Assembly (NCBI RefSeq): GCF_009914755.1
Contig: NC_060930.1
Source: the human T2T-CHM13v2.0 reference genome, Homo sapiens
DNA: 64,000 nucleotides
Direction: 5' to 3' (one strand)
The notes under the pieces were generated by a model. The model saw nothing but the letters and a program-made list of their open reading frames with translations. It searched no databases and was not told the DNA's origin. Positions within the stretch are counted from its first letter, which is position 1. Every line of letters starts with the position of its first letter. This document shows positions 60,471-64,000 of the stretch, piece after piece. Made by a program: the position numbers and the translations under genes.

Positions 60471-63033
60471 AGAACTGTTCACTGGAATGACTTGAAAACT
60501 TAATATAAAGTGTTGGTTTTGGAGTTTTAGGGTAGATATGAGAATTTTTTTGTATATAGGTTAAACAAGAGAAGGCATAACAAAGGAAATGATTCTAAGT
60601 ATTTTCAGAATGTTCTCATACACCTGATATGCCTTTAATAGATCAGGTACCATGAATAAGAAAAATGTCAGTGTTTTGCCAGTGACCTTTGGACACATGC
60701 ATTCAGAGAGGGCCAGTTGAATATTAAATATTGTTAAATTATTTTTTACTAAGTAACAGTAAACATAAATCAAAGTTCTACCCTTGTTCCCATAGTTGAG
60801 AGAGGGAGCATTTTCAAATCATGGCTAGGACCAATTTGAAGCGTCTTAAGCCTTCCACCAAGGAAATAAAGCATTTTTCATTTGTATTTGTGTTCATGGT
60901 TTTTATCTCATGATCTTAGGTTCCATGGAAGGTATCCTTCGAAAAGCTCTGTTCTGTCAGAGATGTGGGGCGCAGAAAAGAGCTACTTAGAAACCATGAA
61001 ACTGATCACCCCTCTATTTTGGACTCTTAAGTGATTCCCCGTTATTTCATGGGATATTTTCTCAAATGTTTAGATAGGTGATTAAACTCTCACTTTCTAC
61101 TTTCTGTCCCAAGCCACCACGTGGATTTTCTCAAACCTGCTTAGCAGTTCTCTGCCCCTCTGTTGTTTTCATTTTCCCAGAAGTACCTAAAATCCTGGCA
61201 AGCTGTGTCCCAGAATGGTAATAATATTACCACTTTGAAGCACAAGTTATCCTGCTTTTTGAGATGTCCTTTTTTGTATTTATCTTTCAGTAAGATACTC
61301 ATCATGTCATTGGTATGAAATTCATGATACAAAGGGAGGAACTCATAATTATTTTGGAATGCAAGTAGGGAGGCATGTAAATGTGTAGAAGAGAATGTAA
61401 CAAAGGTGCTGTTTCTTATAAAATCACTTAAATGGTAACTTTTATCTTATGTCCTCCTCACTTCCTCTACACACATACACAGTCATACCCACAGAAAGAG
61501 CATAAAATGGTGCTGAAGGCCAGTCTGGTTCTATACTTTCACTGGTAGAAGCAGTGAATCTGCTCACTTTTGCTTTAGGAGCATTTCCTTCTGAATTCTA
61601 TTATTGTAGGCTCATGGCTTCAGCCACCATTTGTATACTTCTGATTCCCAGTCAGTGGATGGATTTATTTACATTTATTGCTTTCCGTGTGTTTGCAGTT
61701 CCATCTGTTTGCATTTCATACTTTCTGTCTAAAATACATACTTTTTTAGGGGACATCCTTCTTTCTCTGGAATTGTACTTCTCTCAGAATCTTTCATGGC
61801 CAGGTTTTTCTCATCTTTTAGATTCCAGCTTAAAATTTTGCTTCCTTGACAGTATTTTCCTTACCTACACTATTTAAAAGTAGGTATTTCTCATTATTGT
61901 CTGTTACATATTAGTTTAGATGTTTGTTTTGGGATATTCTTTACCCTGCACTTGGTTAAACTCCATGAGGGAAAAGGTGTGTGTATAGATACCTGCACCT
62001 TACTTGCCATTGGTTCTCTAATGCGTTACATAATAGGTATATAATACATAGGGAATACTTAATGCAGTACTTATTATATAATATGAAGGATTCTTTAAAA
62101 TCTGAAGGATTCCAGATTATGACGTGTTTACATTTGTTTTTCTGAAACTTCCTTCTAGTGGTATTTAGCTAGATAATGGTGGTGTGGATAGTGGAAGGTG
62201 GTATGGGTAAAAGGAAGCTGAAGTGTTTCAAGAGCAAAGAACAGAAAATCCTTATTGAAACTGACTTAAACAATAGGGAAAACATCTCACATAATTGAAA
62301 GTCTAGAAGTAGGAGTCATATGACCTGCCACTCAGTGATTCTGTTATGGACCTGAATTATATCTTTCCATTCTGCCATCCTCAGTGTACACTTTATCTTC
62401 AGACTGTCTCCTCTTGTGATCACAAGAATGCTGAGAGTGGCAATCAGGGCGACATGATTTCTTGTCCATTTGACAGAAAAGAGAGGAAAACCTCTCCCCA
62501 ACCATAGAATGTAAGTCCTTTCAGTTTCTTGGACCACTTTTGAGCACATTTACCTCTAGACCAATGAAACTTATAAGAAGAATACTATTTACTGATTGTC
62601 TCAGTGTAATCATATGAAAGTAGGATTGATTTGGGAGGACTCAACTGCATTGTCTGCTGAAGACTTTGAGATATATTTAGGATCTATCATAAGGAATGCA
62701 ATTTAGGTTCTACTTTGACATCTTGTTGACTAATGAGATACTAATGATTATGACGATGGGGAAATGAGATAGGAAGTATGGAATAGAGACAGTTTCTGGA
62801 GGAAACCATGTGAATTCAGCTTTTGACATGGGATTTGATACGAAATATTGGCTGAACTTTTGCTAAGAGTTTGTATTAAGTGTTTAGTTGGAAGGTGCTA
62901 TTCTGGAAGTTAGGTATTAAATTTACAGGTATGGGTAAGATTGTCCAAGAAGATTGCTTAGCGTAAGAATGCGAAGAGAGCTTTCTCAGGATATATACAT
63001 TTAAGAAGTTGTTTGATGACCAGGAACTCTTGA

Positions 63034-63076
<43 letters not shown>

Positions 63077-63235
63077 TGTATATACACACACATATATATA
63101 CACAAATATACACACATACACACACACAAATATATATACATATATACACACACATATACACATATGTATGTGCACATATATATACACATACGTATGTACA
63201 CACATATATACACATATGTATGTACACATATATAT

Positions 63236-63285
<50 letters not shown>
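63034..63285. repeat. Compound (CA)n/(TA)n microsatellite, about 250 bp
   Basis: Directly visible. Confidence 0.97.
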
Positions 63286-63289
<4 letters not shown>

Positions 63290-64000
63290 CAGAGTCATCT
63301 GCTAGAAGTAGGAGAGCTACAAATAAAATGAAGAATCATAAGATCAAGATAGAGGGGAAGAGGAGAGCCCAGTAAAGTCTGGCATTGGGGCTCATATTTC
63401 CTGTTGGAGCATTTGCCAATCTTGAAAGTGGTAGCTTAGCCTATGAAAAGAACTTTCGATAGACTTTTGGGCTCAAGGAGACAAAAATTAGAGTTCAAAG
63501 CTCATGAAAGAGGAGGTATCCTAGTGAACTAGGTTTTGATTTAGTTCCTAAAGGGATTTACTGTTGGAGGAAGTATGAAATGGAAATAGACCTAACTCTG
63601 AGGAACACTGAAGTTCAACTTCTAATAATCTCAATTCTTGATGGGAGGAAGGTGACCTGGGATTTTTACTATCCCTACCTTAGCTTACTGAAAGAATGAA
63701 AGTAAACCTTCATTGTCTAGAGAAGAAGACATCATCTAGAGTTTTAAATTATCTCTATGTTTTCCTGTAAATCTTTTGTGTCTTGTACTCATTCAGAGAT
63801 AATTAGGCATACTGATAGATATGACACATGGCTAGAAACCAAGAACAACAGACAATGGAACCTGGCCTTTAGGGGATCTAGATATTAGAGATACTAGATA
63901 TAAGCTTTAAAGTAACTGTGCTTAATAAATGTTAGAAGTAATAAAAGATGGGTTTGATAATTTTGACAGAACTAGAACCTTGTAAGTATATATGAATATG

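Noticed and set aside
62876-63375. Cys/Val/Tyr- and His/Thr-rich ORFs
   Set aside because: Artefacts of the dinucleotide microsatellite; same for 39895..40092 and 5737..6153

Overview
Primate, almost certainly human, genomic DNA from the interior of the CD2AP (CD2-associated protein) gene on the + strand. The window runs from the 3' part of intron 2 through coding exons 3-11 (c.166-1108, aa 56-370: SH3A/B linker, SH3B, linker, SH3C, start of the proline-rich region) into intron 11. All nine exons have GT-AG ends and join in one open frame matching my recollection of human CD2AP. Introns hold about 20 Alus, a near full-length sense L1PB1, an antisense 5'-truncated L1PA, older L1M/L2/MaLR pieces, DNA-transposon relics (MER6A, MER119, MER58B, MER85, MER20, MER3), a full-length RPS12 processed pseudogene and microsatellites. 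There is no prokaryotic system or CRISPR array. The most unusual object is a 177-bp palindrome (5072-5248) made of two inverted copies of an ERV LTR 3' end, with TG...CA termini and a flanking direct repeat. Several smaller fold-back or templated-repair scars also occur (11029, 11734, 21666, 45899, 49325). Exon numbering, repeat family names and consensus comparisons are from memory and need RepeatMasker/Dfam confirmation; repeat boundaries are approximate.
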